Positions 7,634-16,866 of a stretch of DNA of 44,774 nt are shown piece after piece. Made by a program: the position numbers and the translations under genes. The DNA is from an uncultured Planctomycetia bacterium (GTDB taxonomy: Bacteria; Omnitrophota; Gorgyraeia; Velamenicoccales; Velamenicoccaceae). The DNA is taken from contig CAZDLS010000002.1 of NCBI GenBank assembly GCA_964506425.1, positions 1 through 44,774 on the forward strand, given 5' to 3'. The notes under the pieces were generated by a model that saw nothing but the letters and a program-made list of their open reading frames with translations, made no database searches and was not told the origin of the DNA. The stretch's first letter is position 1; every line of letters starts with the position of its first letter.

Positions 7634-9163
7634 ATGATCGCCAAAGTGCATACCTTTGCCTTGGTCGGCATCCATGCCCTCTGCGTGGAGATCGAGGCGG
7701 ACGTCACCGGAGGCCTCCCGAACGTCTCCATCGTGGGGCTGCCGGATTCGGCTGTCCGGGAGAGCAAGGAGCGGGTGCGCGCAGGCATCAAGAACAGCGG
7801 TTTTGCCTTCCCCCCTGACCGGATCACGATCAATCTGGCCCCGGCCGACTTGCGCAAAGAGGGCTCCTCTTTTGACCTGGCGATCGCCCTGGGGATCCTG
7901 GCGGCCTCAGGCCAGATCGGGCCGGCGATGCTCAAAGACACCTTTTTTGCCGGAGAGCTGGCCCTGAACGGCGAGATCCGGCCGGTCAAGGGGGCCCTGT
8001 CCATGGCCATGGCCCTCACGAGACGGCGGGTCAGGAACCTTGCCGTTCCGCTGCGCAACGCGGCCGAGGCCTCGGTGGTCAACGGCGTCAACGTCTTCGG
8101 GATCAGGACGCTGCGGGAGCTCGTCTCCTTTCTCTACAACCCCGACATGATCGCGCCCTTCTCGCTGCCGCCGGACACCGGTCCTGCCGGCACGGACAAA
8201 CACGAGGAAGACTTCAACGATGTCAAGGGACAAGAAGCCGCCAAGCGCGCGCTCGAGGTCGCTGCCGCCGGCGGCCACAACATCCTCTTGATCGGCCCGC
8301 CCGGCAGCGGCAAGACGATGCTCGCCAAGCGCCTGACGACGATCCTGCCGGACCTGACACACGAGGAGGCGCTGGAGACGACCAGGATCCACTCGGCCGT
8401 CGGCCTGACGGACGGCCGCCGGGGACTCTTGAAAAAGCGCCCCTTCCGCGCCCCGCACCACACGGCCTCGGACAGCGCCCTCGTCGGAGGCGGCTCCAAC
8501 CCTCAGCCCGGCGAGATCACCCTCGCGCACAACGGCGTCCTCTTCATGGACGAGTTGCCGGAGTTCCACCGCAATGTCCTGGAGGTCCTGCGCCAGCCCC
8601 TGGAGGACGGCCGGATCCAGGTCGCGCGCGCCGCGCGCTCCCTCGTCTTCCCGGCCCGCTTCATGCTCGTCGCCGCCATGAACCCGTGCCCGTGCGGTTT
8701 CTTCACGCACCACGAAAAGACCTGCCGGTGCACGCCCCTGCGCATCGCGCAATACATCGGTAAGATCTCGGGGCCGCTCCTGGACCGGATCGACATCCAC
8801 ATCGAGGTCCCCTCTACACAATACGACGAACTAACGGCCGCGGCCGAAGCCGAATCCTCGGCCGCGATCCGCGGCCGCGTCGAACGCGCCCGCGCCCTTC
8901 AGCGGGAACGCTACAAAGAAGAAAAGATAAATTGCAACGCCCGCCTGACCGCCCGCCAGGTCAGAAGACACTGCCGCCTGGACGCGGCGGCGCAGGACCT
9001 CCTGCGCGCGGCCATGACCCGGCTGGGCTTATCCGCCCGCGCCTACGACAAGATCCTCAAGGTCAGCCGCACCATCGCGGACCTCGCGGCCGCCGACCCC
9101 ATCGCCTCCGCCCACGTCGCCGAAGCGGTCCAATACCGCAGCCTCGACCGCAAGACCCCCTGA
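7634..9163 (+). CDS. comM: YifB/ComM-family Mg-chelatase-like AAA+ ATPase
   Basis: 509-aa ORF. N-terminal Lon-protease-like domain (VEIEADVTGGLPNVSIVGLPDSAVRESKERV), Walker A GPPGSGKT, LFMDELPEF, C-terminal ...YRSLDR. Confidence 0.92.
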   Translation: MIAKVHTFALVGIHALCVEIEADVTGGLPNVSIVGLPDSAVRESKERVRAGIKNSGFAFPPDRITINLAPADLRKEGSSFDLAIALGILAASGQIGPAMLKDTFFAGELALNGEIRPVKGALSMAMALTRRRVRNLAVPLRNAAEASVVNGVNVFGIRTLRELVSFLYNPDMIAPFSLPPDTGPAGTDKHEEDFNDVKGQEAAKRALEVAAAGGHNILLIGPPGSGKTMLAKRLTTILPDLTHEEALETTRIHSAVGLTDGRRGLLKKRPFRAPHHTASDSALVGGGSNPQPGEITLAHNGVLFMDELPEFHRNVLEVLRQPLEDGRIQVARAARSLVFPARFMLVAAMNPCPCGFFTHHEKTCRCTPLRIAQYIGKISGPLLDRIDIHIEVPSTQYDELTAAAEAESSAAIRGRVERARALQRERYKEEKINCNARLTARQVRRHCRLDAAAQDLLRAAMTRLGLSARAYDKILKVSRTIADLAAADPIASAHVAEAVQYRSLDRKTP

Positions 9164-9210
9164 CCCCGAAAGAGTCTCCGGTCTGTCCGAAAAACAGTTT
9201 CCAAAGAAGG

Positions 9211-9239
9211 TTGACAAAAGGGGCGAATCGTGTGATATT
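9211..9239 (+). promoter_or_regulatory. Sigma70-type promoter (extended -10) upstream of nfnA
   Basis: TTGACA (9211-9216), 17 nt, TGtGATATT (9231-9239). Confidence 0.55.
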
Positions 9240-9284
9240 CTATGGAACGGTACCAAGAGAAAGGCCGGGAACGTATGAGACAAA

Positions 9285-9318
9285 GGCGTCCATATGAAAG
9301 GACGTCTTTTTTATTTTG
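9285..9318 (+). terminator. Intrinsic-terminator-like hairpin inside the nfnA leader (candidate attenuator)
   Basis: GGCGTCC (9285-9291) pairs with GGACGTC (9300-9306) with one G-U, around an 8-nt loop, followed by TTTTTTATTTT (9307-9317). Lies 26 nt before the nfnA ATG. Confidence 0.5.
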
Positions 9319-9343
9319 GTAGCGACCGAACGGACAGGCTCCC

Positions 9344-10174
9344 ATGAAGATACTGGATAAAAAGATGCTGGCGGCAGGCCCTGGGGGACGCATCGTCAGG
9401 CTTGATGTCTCTTCTCCGGAGATCGCCGGGAAAGCGAAGGCGGGGCAGTTCGTCGTGCTCATGGTCAAGAAGGAAGGCGAACGGATCCCCTTGACCGTCG
9501 TGGATGCGGACGCGCAAAAGGGCGTTGTGACGCTCATCGTCCAAGAGGCGGGCCTGACCACGGCGCTCTTGGGCCGCGCCCGCGTCGGGGACGATCTCTA
9601 TGCACTCGTGGGTCCGCTGGGGCATCCCACGCCGATCAAGAAGTACGGCCGGGTCATCGTGGTCGGCGGAGGCGTGGGCATCGCGGAGATATATCCGGTG
9701 GCCAAGGCGTTAACAGGCGCCGGCAACGAGGTCATTGCCGTCCTGGGGGCCCGCACGAAAGACCTCCTCATCCTCGAAGATGAGATGAAAAGGGTCTGCG
9801 CCGCGTGCCACGTCATGACCGACGACGGCTCCTACGGCAAGAAGGGCTTCACCACCGACATGCTCAAAGAGCTCCTGGGACAAGCACGATGCGACCTCGT
9901 GTACGCCGTGGGCCCTTTGCCCATGATGAAGAAGGTCGCCCTCGTGACAAAAGACCTCAACGTCCCCGCGCGGGCGTCCCTGAACGCCCTCATGGTCGAC
10001 GGGACCGGGATGTGCGGCTGCTGCCGGGTCAGCGTCGCCGGAGAGACCCGGTTCAGCTGCGTCGACGGCCCCGAGTTCGATGCCCACGCCGTGGACTGGG
10101 ACGAGCTGATGAAGCGCAACGCTATCTACTCGGAAAAGGAAAAACATATCTGCCGCCTCCATAACGTCTGCTAG
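9344..10174 (+). CDS. nfnA: NfnA/SudB-type ferredoxin-NADP+ oxidoreductase small subunit (PyrK-like FAD/[2Fe-2S] protein)
   Basis: 276-aa ORF. MKILDKK...AGQFVVL...ERIPLTV, GPLG, VVGGGVGIAE, and a C-terminal Cys cluster GMCGCCRV...FSCVDGPEF. Confidence 0.8.
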   Translation: MKILDKKMLAAGPGGRIVRLDVSSPEIAGKAKAGQFVVLMVKKEGERIPLTVVDADAQKGVVTLIVQEAGLTTALLGRARVGDDLYALVGPLGHPTPIKKYGRVIVVGGGVGIAEIYPVAKALTGAGNEVIAVLGARTKDLLILEDEMKRVCAACHVMTDDGSYGKKGFTTDMLKELLGQARCDLVYAVGPLPMMKKVALVTKDLNVPARASLNALMVDGTGMCGCCRVSVAGETRFSCVDGPEFDAHAVDWDELMKRNAIYSEKEKHICRLHNVC

Positions 10175-11605
10175 ATGAAGACCAAAAAAGGACCCGTCAA
10201 GATCAAAGAGAAAGACGCCGCCTCCAGGATCGCCGGCTTTGAAGAAGTCGTGGAAGGGTATGGCGAACGGGAGGCGCTCGCGGAGGCGGCGCGCTGCATA
10301 CAGTGCAAGAACCCGACATGCATCGCAGGCTGTCCGGTCGGGATAGACATCAAGGCGTTCATCCGCCAGATCACCGAAAAGGACTATGCCGGCGCGTACT
10401 TCACCATCCGGCAGAAGAACGACTTCCCCTCGATGTGCGGCCGGGTCTGTCCCGCCGAATATCAGTGCCGCAAGGCGTGCGTCCTGAGCAAAAAGGGCCT
10501 GCCCTTCGCCTCCGAAGAGGCCATCAACATCCACTTCCTCGAGCGGTTCGTCGGCGACTACGGGATGGCCAACGACCTGAAAGTCCCCGTGCAGGAGAAT
10601 AAGGACGCCTCCCGCTTCAAGGTGGCGGTCGTCGGATCCGGCCCGGCCGGCCTCTGCTGCGCCGGCGAGCTGGCCAGACAGGGGATCCGGGTGACCGTCT
10701 TCGAGGGCCTGCACGACACCGGGGGCGTCCTGCGTTACGGGATCCCCCCTTTCAGGCTCCCCCGCAACGTCCTGGACTTTGAGATCGAGCATCTTAAAAA
10801 GCTGGGCGTCGCCGTCGTCACGAATCGCATCATCGGCAGGACCCAGGCGCTCGACGAGCTCTTCGAAGAAGGCTACGCCGCCGTCTTTCTGGGGCTCGGC
10901 GCGGGGACGCCGTCGTTCTTGCGGATCCCCGGCGAAAACCTCTGCAACGTCTACTCCGCGAACGAGTTCCTCACCCGCGTCAATTTGATGTCCGCCTACA
11001 GGTTCCCCCAGTACCATACGCCCGTCAACATCGGCACCCGGATCGTCGTCATCGGCGGAGGGAACACCGCCATGGACGCGGCGCGGGTCGCCTTGAGGCT
11101 CCAGAAGATGAACAACATGACACCCGACACGACGGTCCTTTACCGCCGCAGCGAAGTCGAGATGCCGGCGCGGCGCCTCGAGATAGAACACGCCAAGGAA
11201 GAAGGGATAAGGTTCCGCCTCCTGGTCAAGCCTACGGGTTTCAGCGGCGACGAGAAGGGCTTCGTGCAAAAGATCACATGCCTCCAGTGCGAGCTGGGGG
11301 AGCCTGACGGCTCCGGACGACGCAGGCCCGTCGAGATACAGGGCAGCGACTTTGAGTTGGACTGCGACCTGGCCGTCATCGCGATAGGACTCAAGGCCAA
11401 CGCGATCCTGACGGAGGCGACACCGACGATCAAGGTCGATAAAGGAGGAGACGTGGTGGTCGACCCCGAGACCATGGAGACCTCCGTCAAGAACGTCTTT
11501 GCCGGCGGCGATATCGTAGGGGGCGAGGGGACGGTCATCGAAGCGATGGGCATGGCCAAGAAGGCGGCCCGGACCATAACAAGAAGACTTTTGAAAAGAT
11601 CCTAA
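10175..11605 (+). CDS. nfnB: NfnB/SudA-type (GltD-like) NADPH-dependent oxidoreductase large subunit
   Basis: 476-aa ORF starting directly after the nfnA stop. Fe-S motifs CIQCKNPTCIAGCPVGIDI and CGRVCP. Dinucleotide folds VAVVGSGPAGL and VVIGGGNTAMD. Confidence 0.85.
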   Translation: MKTKKGPVKIKEKDAASRIAGFEEVVEGYGEREALAEAARCIQCKNPTCIAGCPVGIDIKAFIRQITEKDYAGAYFTIRQKNDFPSMCGRVCPAEYQCRKACVLSKKGLPFASEEAINIHFLERFVGDYGMANDLKVPVQENKDASRFKVAVVGSGPAGLCCAGELARQGIRVTVFEGLHDTGGVLRYGIPPFRLPRNVLDFEIEHLKKLGVAVVTNRIIGRTQALDELFEEGYAAVFLGLGAGTPSFLRIPGENLCNVYSANEFLTRVNLMSAYRFPQYHTPVNIGTRIVVIGGGNTAMDAARVALRLQKMNNMTPDTTVLYRRSEVEMPARRLEIEHAKEEGIRFRLLVKPTGFSGDEKGFVQKITCLQCELGEPDGSGRRRPVEIQGSDFELDCDLAVIAIGLKANAILTEATPTIKVDKGGDVVVDPETMETSVKNVFAGGDIVGGEGTVIEAMGMAKKAARTITRRLLKRS

Positions 11606-12964
<1,359 letters not shown>

Positions 12965-12995
12965 GCGACCCTGTTCCCCGTGAGGCCTGAAGCAC

Positions 12996-13028
12996 AAAAA
13001 AGGCGCCTTTTCCAAGGCGCCTTTTTTT
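12996..13028. terminator. Bidirectional intrinsic terminator between convergent gdhA and the OmpA-like gene
   Basis: AAAAAAGGCGCCTT / AAGGCGCCTTTTTT stem (GGCGCC core at 13002-07 and 13016-21) around a 4-nt loop. An A-tract on one side and a T-tract on the other give a U-tail in either orientation. Confidence 0.85.
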
Positions 13029-13044
13029 GCGGCCGATAAGGTCC

Positions 13045-13683
13045 TTAATCCGCCTTCACCTTTTTCATCTTCGACGGCAGGATGACGATCTCGACGCGCC
13101 GGTTCTTCTTCTTGCCCTCGGCGGTGTCGTTCGAGACGACCGGGTGGTACTCGCCGTAGCCGACCGCGGAGAGCTTGTCGGGCGCCACACCGCCCTCATC
13201 GACAAAGTAATGCAGGACCGCGAGCGACCGGGCCGTGGAGAGCTCCCAGTTGGACTTCCAGTCGGAGCGCACGATGGGGTCTGAATCGGTGTGCCCCTCG
13301 ACGGCCACGAGCGAACCGGGGACGTCCTCCTTGAGGACCTTGGCGATCTTACCGAGGACCTCCTTACCCTGCTTGAGGATCTCGGCCTTTCCGGAGTTGA
13401 AGAAGACCTCGGCGAGAAACGTCAAGACGAGACCACGCTCGGTCATCTCCAGCTTCGCCTTGTATTCGCCGAGCTCCTTTTCAAAGGTGCGGGCGAGGTC
13501 GCGGCGGGCCCTCTCCAGGGCCGTATCACGCTCCTCCTGCAGGGCCTCCAATTCACGGCGCAGGCGCGCGTTCTCGCGGTCCAGCTCATCGGCGCGCTTC
13601 CACTTGTTGACGGTCGCGCAGCCGGAGGCGCTCATCCCAAAGATCAAGATCAATGCCATCCCCCAAAAACGTCTCGCCCGCAT
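13045..13683 (-). CDS. OmpA/MotB-family peptidoglycan-binding protein, probable lipoprotein
   Basis: 212-aa ORF. Signal sequence ending ...FGMSASGC, a coiled-coil linker, and an OmpA_C-like domain (FNSGKAEIL...GHTDSDPI...NWELSTARSLAV...GYGEYHPV...NRRVEIVI). Strong AAGGAGG Shine-Dalgarno sequence. Confidence 0.88.
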   Translation of the reverse strand: MRARRFWGMALILIFGMSASGCATVNKWKRADELDRENARLRRELEALQEERDTALERARRDLARTFEKELGEYKAKLEMTERGLVLTFLAEVFFNSGKAEILKQGKEVLGKIAKVLKEDVPGSLVAVEGHTDSDPIVRSDWKSNWELSTARSLAVLHYFVDEGGVAPDKLSAVGYGEYHPVVSNDTAEGKKKNRRVEIVILPSKMKKVKAD

Positions 13684-13716
13684 GTCCCCCTCCTTCTGCT
13701 ATGAAAAGATCTGCCG

Positions 13717-14412
13717 TTAATCCGGCACGCCCACCGGCATGTACACGAGAGGCCTTTCTTTCTCCGGCAGGCCGGCGGCGGCCTTCACGCCGGCGTCGTC
13801 AAAGGCCCCGATGATGACCGACCCCAACCCCAACGCCACGGCCGCCAGGCCGATGTTTTCGGAGGCGCAGCCCGCCTCGACGAAGACATAACCCTCGCCG
13901 CGCGCGCCATAGCGTCCTGTCGTGCGCTTGAAATCCGCCGTAATAATAAAAAGGGCGGGTGCCGCGGCGACCCAATCCTGTCCGAAACTGGCGCGCGCCA
14001 CGTCCCGACGAACGTCTTTGGCCTTCAATAATATCAAGATATGGTCCTTGGACCTATAGCGATAGACGCCGGGCTTAAGACCTTCAACGTCTCCCGCCGC
14101 CACATAAAGCTCAAGCGGATACGTGGCGCCTGCCGAGGGCGCCGTCCTCAACCCCCGCGGATGCGTCTGTCCCTGCGCCGCCCAGAGGAGTTGCGCCACC
14201 TGCGCCAAAGACAGGCCGTCGTCTTTAAAGCTCCTCACGGAACGGCGTTGCGCGAGCGCCGCTTCAAGAGAGAAGGCGCCGTCCTGTCGCGGTCCGGGCA
14301 ATCGCACCACCGGGGCACCTCCGGACTCCTGGGCCGTTACGAGAAAGGTCTGAAAAAAGAAGAAAAACAGAAAAGACGCATGAAAAGCGGTTCTGCGACA
14401 CGAAGAGGACAT
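13717..14412 (-). CDS. SagB/ThcOx-type nitroreductase-family protein with an N-terminal (Tat-like) signal sequence
   Basis: Track ORF 13717-14697 trimmed to ATG 14412 (MSSSCRRTAFHASFLFFFFFQTFLVTAQE...). The longer form is Arg-rich and runs across a separate small ORF in another frame. Family motifs RRSVRSF, PSAGATYPLELYV, GVYRY, FVEAGCASENIGLAAVALGLG. Confidence 0.75.
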   Translation of the reverse strand: MSSSCRRTAFHASFLFFFFFQTFLVTAQESGGAPVVRLPGPRQDGAFSLEAALAQRRSVRSFKDDGLSLAQVAQLLWAAQGQTHPRGLRTAPSAGATYPLELYVAAGDVEGLKPGVYRYRSKDHILILLKAKDVRRDVARASFGQDWVAAAPALFIITADFKRTTGRYGARGEGYVFVEAGCASENIGLAAVALGLGSVIIGAFDDAGVKAAAGLPEKERPLVYMPVGVPD

Positions 14413-14494
14413 CGTTCCGCCGAAGAGACACCCCGGATACCCTTGCGGATGCCGCGGCCTTTTGAAGGAAAAGGAAAAGGGCGGGCTTAGACCG

Positions 14495-14650
14495 CTACCG
14501 TTTCGTCGATTTCTTTGCGGCGCCGTGCTTACGGGCCATGGGCTTACCGCAGCACCAGATCGTCTGCGCGGACAGGCCGCACGCGCTGACCACGACCTGT
14601 CGGCCGCACGGCACGCACGCCAGGCGCATTCCCTTCTTGAGTTTAGCCAT
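14495..14650 (-). CDS. Small Cys-rich (desulforedoxin-like CxxC...CC) metal-binding protein, 51 aa
   Basis: Below the ORF-track size cut-off; found by hand. GGGGGAG Shine-Dalgarno sequence followed by the ATG at 14650. Translation MAKLKKGMRLACVPCGRQVVVSACGLSAQTIWCCGKPMARKHGAAKKSTKR with a TAG stop at 14497-14495. The C-x2-C ... C-C-G-x-P-M pattern resembles desulforedoxin and the Dfx N-terminal domain. Confidence 0.55.
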   Translation of the reverse strand: MAKLKKGMRLACVPCGRQVVVSACGLSAQTIWCCGKPMARKHGAAKKSTKR

Positions 14651-14668
14651 CTCTCCCCCTTGTTGTCA

Positions 14669-14706
14669 ATAAAAAAAGAAGAGGCGTCCTCTTTCAAGAA
14701 CGCCTC
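14669..14706 (-). terminator. Intrinsic terminator between the folE operon/leader and the small Cys-rich ORF
   Basis: Minus strand reads GAGGCGT (14706-14700), a 12-nt loop, ACGCCTC (14687-14681), then TTCTTTTTTT. Confidence 0.7.
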
Positions 14707-14747
14707 ATTGCCTTCTCATTCGGACACGGCCCTGTGCCCTACCTAGG

Positions 14748-14776
14748 TATATAGCACACCGGGGACCGCTTGTCAA
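14748..14776 (-). promoter_or_regulatory. Sigma70-type promoter upstream of the terminator and small ORF
   Basis: Minus strand reads TTGACA (14776-14771), 17 nt, TATATA (14753-14748). Confidence 0.5.
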
Positions 14777-14876
14777 ATGGAGCCCCGCGCTTACCCTCCC
14801 TGGCGACATCCCCGGAGGGGATGGAGCCCCGCGCTCACCCTCCCTGGCGACATCCCCGAAAGGGGATGGCCCCGCT
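14777..14876. repeat. Tandem 44/45-bp direct repeat, 2 full copies plus a partial one, each with a 7-bp hairpin
   Basis: Unit 1 (14777-14820) is ATGGAGCCCCGCGCTTACCCTCCCTGGCGACATCCCCGGAGGGG. Unit 2 (14821-14865) is nearly identical. The partial third unit ATGGCCCCGC... runs into the folE stop. Each unit contains CATCCCC-(3/4 nt)-GGGGATG. Confidence 0.9.
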
Positions 14877-15440
14877 CTACCGGCCCCCCTTGATGAGCGC
14901 CAAGGTCTCCGAGCGCGTCTTTTCGTTCTCCTTGAAGATCCCTCGGACCGCGCTCGTCACCGTCGTGATGCCGGGTTTTTTGACCCCGCGCATGGAGATG
15001 CACAGGTGTTCGGCCTCGATAATCACCATGACGCCCAAGGGCTTGAGCTTCTCCATGATGACGCCCGCCACCTGGGTCGTCAGGCGCTCCTGCACCTGCG
15101 GCCGCTTGGAGAGGATCTCCACCACGCGGACGATCTTGCTTAAGCCCGTCACCCGTCCGCCCTTCGGGATATACGCCACGTGCGCCCGGCCGATAAAAGG
15201 GATGAGGTGGTGTTCGCAGACGGAATAGAGAGGGATGTCCTTTAAAAGGACGATCTCCTCGTGCTTCTGGTCGAGGATGACCTCCAGCTCCTTCTTGGGG
15301 TCCTCACGGAGCCCCGAGAAGATCTCCTCATACATGTCCGCGACGCGCTGGGGCGTCTCCTCGAGGTCGCGGCGGTGCGGGTCTTCGCCTATCGCCTCCA
15401 AGACCATGCGGATGCCTCTTTCGATCTTTTTTTTATCCAA
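14877..15440 (-). CDS. folE: GTP cyclohydrolase I
   Basis: Track ORF 14877-15689 trimmed to TTG 15440, just after the mnmE stop and a GAGGGAG sequence. This gives 187 aa starting [37 protein letters not shown]. Motifs [31 protein letters not shown]. Confidence 0.85.
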   Translation of the reverse strand: MDKKKIERGIRMVLEAIGEDPHRRDLEETPQRVADMYEEIFSGLREDPKKELEVILDQKHEEIVLLKDIPLYSVCEHHLIPFIGRAHVAYIPKGGRVTGLSKIVRVVEILSKRPQVQERLTTQVAGVIMEKLKPLGVMVIIEAEHLCISMRGVKKPGITTVTSAVRGIFKENEKTRSETLALIKGGR

Positions 15441-15447
15441 CGCTCCC

Positions 15448-16866
15448 TCACTTTCCGATGCAGAACTTCGAAAAGATCGCCTCGAGGACCTCTTCGGTGC
15501 AGACGGCGCCGGTGATCGTGCCGATGCTGTCGGCGGCCAGCCGCACGTCGAGGGCGGCCACATCCAGCGAAAGTCCTTGTTCCAGAGAAGCCAGAGCGCG
15601 CCCCACGGCCTGGCGGCCGCCGCGCAGCGCCTCGATGTGGCGGACGTTCGCCACCCACGCCCCCTCGTCCCAGGCCGGCGGCCCGTCAAAGACGCTCTTG
15701 AGGACGGCCCCCTCCAACTCTGCGATGCGGCCGCCGGTGAGCGCCGAGACGTCGATGACCGGCCGGGTTGTCCAGCCGCTCAGCGCCGTTGTGTCCCAGG
15801 CGCGCGGCAGGTCGGACTTGTTGATGACGATGATATGCGCCTTATCGGCAAGGGACTCAAAGAGCCGCCTGTCCTCATCCTCCAGGCCGACCGAGCCGTC
15901 CAGGACGAACAAGACGAGATCCGCCTCCTTCATGGCCTGGCGAGCGCGGGCCAGGGCCTCGACCTCCACCGCGTCGCGGGCCGCGACGATGCCGGCGGTA
16001 TCGATAAGCTGGACCGCCAGCCCCTGGATAGAGATGACCTCCTCGACGGTATCGCGCGTCGTTCCGGGCAGAGGTGTCACGATCGCCCGCTCCTGGCGCA
16101 GGAGCGCGTTCAGCAAAGAAGACTTGCCGACGTTCGGGCGGCCGATGATCGCGGCCCTGAGGCCCTCGCGCATCAGGCGGCCCTGCGCGCTGCGCGCCAG
16201 GTGGACGTCCATCCTGCCGGCGGCCTGCGCGACGAGCGGCGCAAAACGCCGCGCCGCCGCCTCCCCCGTGTCTTCCTCCGGGAAATCAAGGACCGCCTCC
16301 ATGTCGGCCAAGATGCCGATGAGGTATTCGCGCATCTCGCAAAAGACGCGCGACAAGGCACCCGCGAGCTGGCGCTCGCTGTTCTTGAGCGCCCAGTCGC
16401 CCTTGGCGCGGACCACGTCCAGGACCGCCTCGGCCTGGACCAGGTCCAGGCGGCCGTTCAAAAAGGCGCGGCGCGTGAACTCGCCGGGCTCGGCCGGCCG
16501 CGCGCCGCCTTTCAGGACAAATCTGAGGATCGCCTCCAGCGCGCGCATGCCGCCGTGGGCGTTGATCTCGACGACGTCCTCGCGCGTGTAGCTCTTGGGC
16601 GCGCGCATCACGGACACGAGCACCTCGTCGACGGCCTCGGGGGGCGGGCGGTCCGGCGGGGCCTGCGCGCCGGCCGCCGGCACGATCCAACCCAGGCGCA
16701 TCGTGAAATCAGGCTGTTCGAAGAGAGGGCGCCGGCTGCGGGCGCAAAAGACCTTGTCAACGATACCGAGGGCCTCGGGGCCGCTGACGCGCACGATGCC
16801 CACCGCCCCCTCCCCCGCGGCCGTCGCCGCGGCGGCTATCGTATCGTCCAGGTTCAGCCTTGCCAT
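15448..16866 (-). CDS. mnmE: tRNA modification GTPase MnmE
   Basis: 472-aa ORF. N-terminal [23 protein letters not shown] domain [12 protein letters not shown]...DTAG...NKSD, and the diagnostic C-terminal FCIGK. Confidence 0.93.
   Translation of the reverse strand: MARLNLDDTIAAAATAAGEGAVGIVRVSGPEALGIVDKVFCARSRRPLFEQPDFTMRLGWIVPAAGAQAPPDRPPPEAVDEVLVSVMRAPKSYTREDVVEINAHGGMRALEAILRFVLKGGARPAEPGEFTRRAFLNGRLDLVQAEAVLDVVRAKGDWALKNSERQLAGALSRVFCEMREYLIGILADMEAVLDFPEEDTGEAAARRFAPLVAQAAGRMDVHLARSAQGRLMREGLRAAIIGRPNVGKSSLLNALLRQERAIVTPLPGTTRDTVEEVISIQGLAVQLIDTAGIVAARDAVEVEALARARQAMKEADLVLFVLDGSVGLEDEDRRLFESLADKAHIIVINKSDLPRAWDTTALSGWTTRPVIDVSALTGGRIAELEGAVLKSVFDGPPAWDEGAWVANVRHIEALRGGRQAVGRALASLEQGLSLDVAALDVRLAADSIGTITGAVCTEEVLEAIFSKFCIGK

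Noticed and set aside
7634-9163. Competence or defence island around comM
   Set aside because: comM/yifB is a widespread housekeeping-type gene. No other com, restriction, toxin or nuclease genes flank it.
9240-9318. Glutamine (glnA-type) riboswitch, suggested by the two GGAACG motifs upstream of a nitrogen-metabolism operon
   Set aside because: I could not find the complementary CGUUC strand or the E-loop-like core. The resemblance is limited to a hexamer.
13717-14650. TOMM/RiPP cluster (SagB-type dehydrogenase plus a Cys-rich small peptide)
   Set aside because: No YcaO/cyclodehydratase or docking-protein gene is adjacent. The peptide has the spacing of a metal-binding CxxC...CC knuckle rather than a leader-core precursor, and the dehydrogenase appears to be exported.
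13717-14697. 326-aa version of the nitroreductase ORF
   Set aside because: The first ~95 residues are Arg/Ser/Pro-rich, span a terminator and an independent small ORF in another frame, and precede a convincing signal-peptide start at 14412.
14777-14876. Possible CRISPR array
   Set aside because: There are only 2.3 directly abutting copies with no spacers, and no cas genes in the window.
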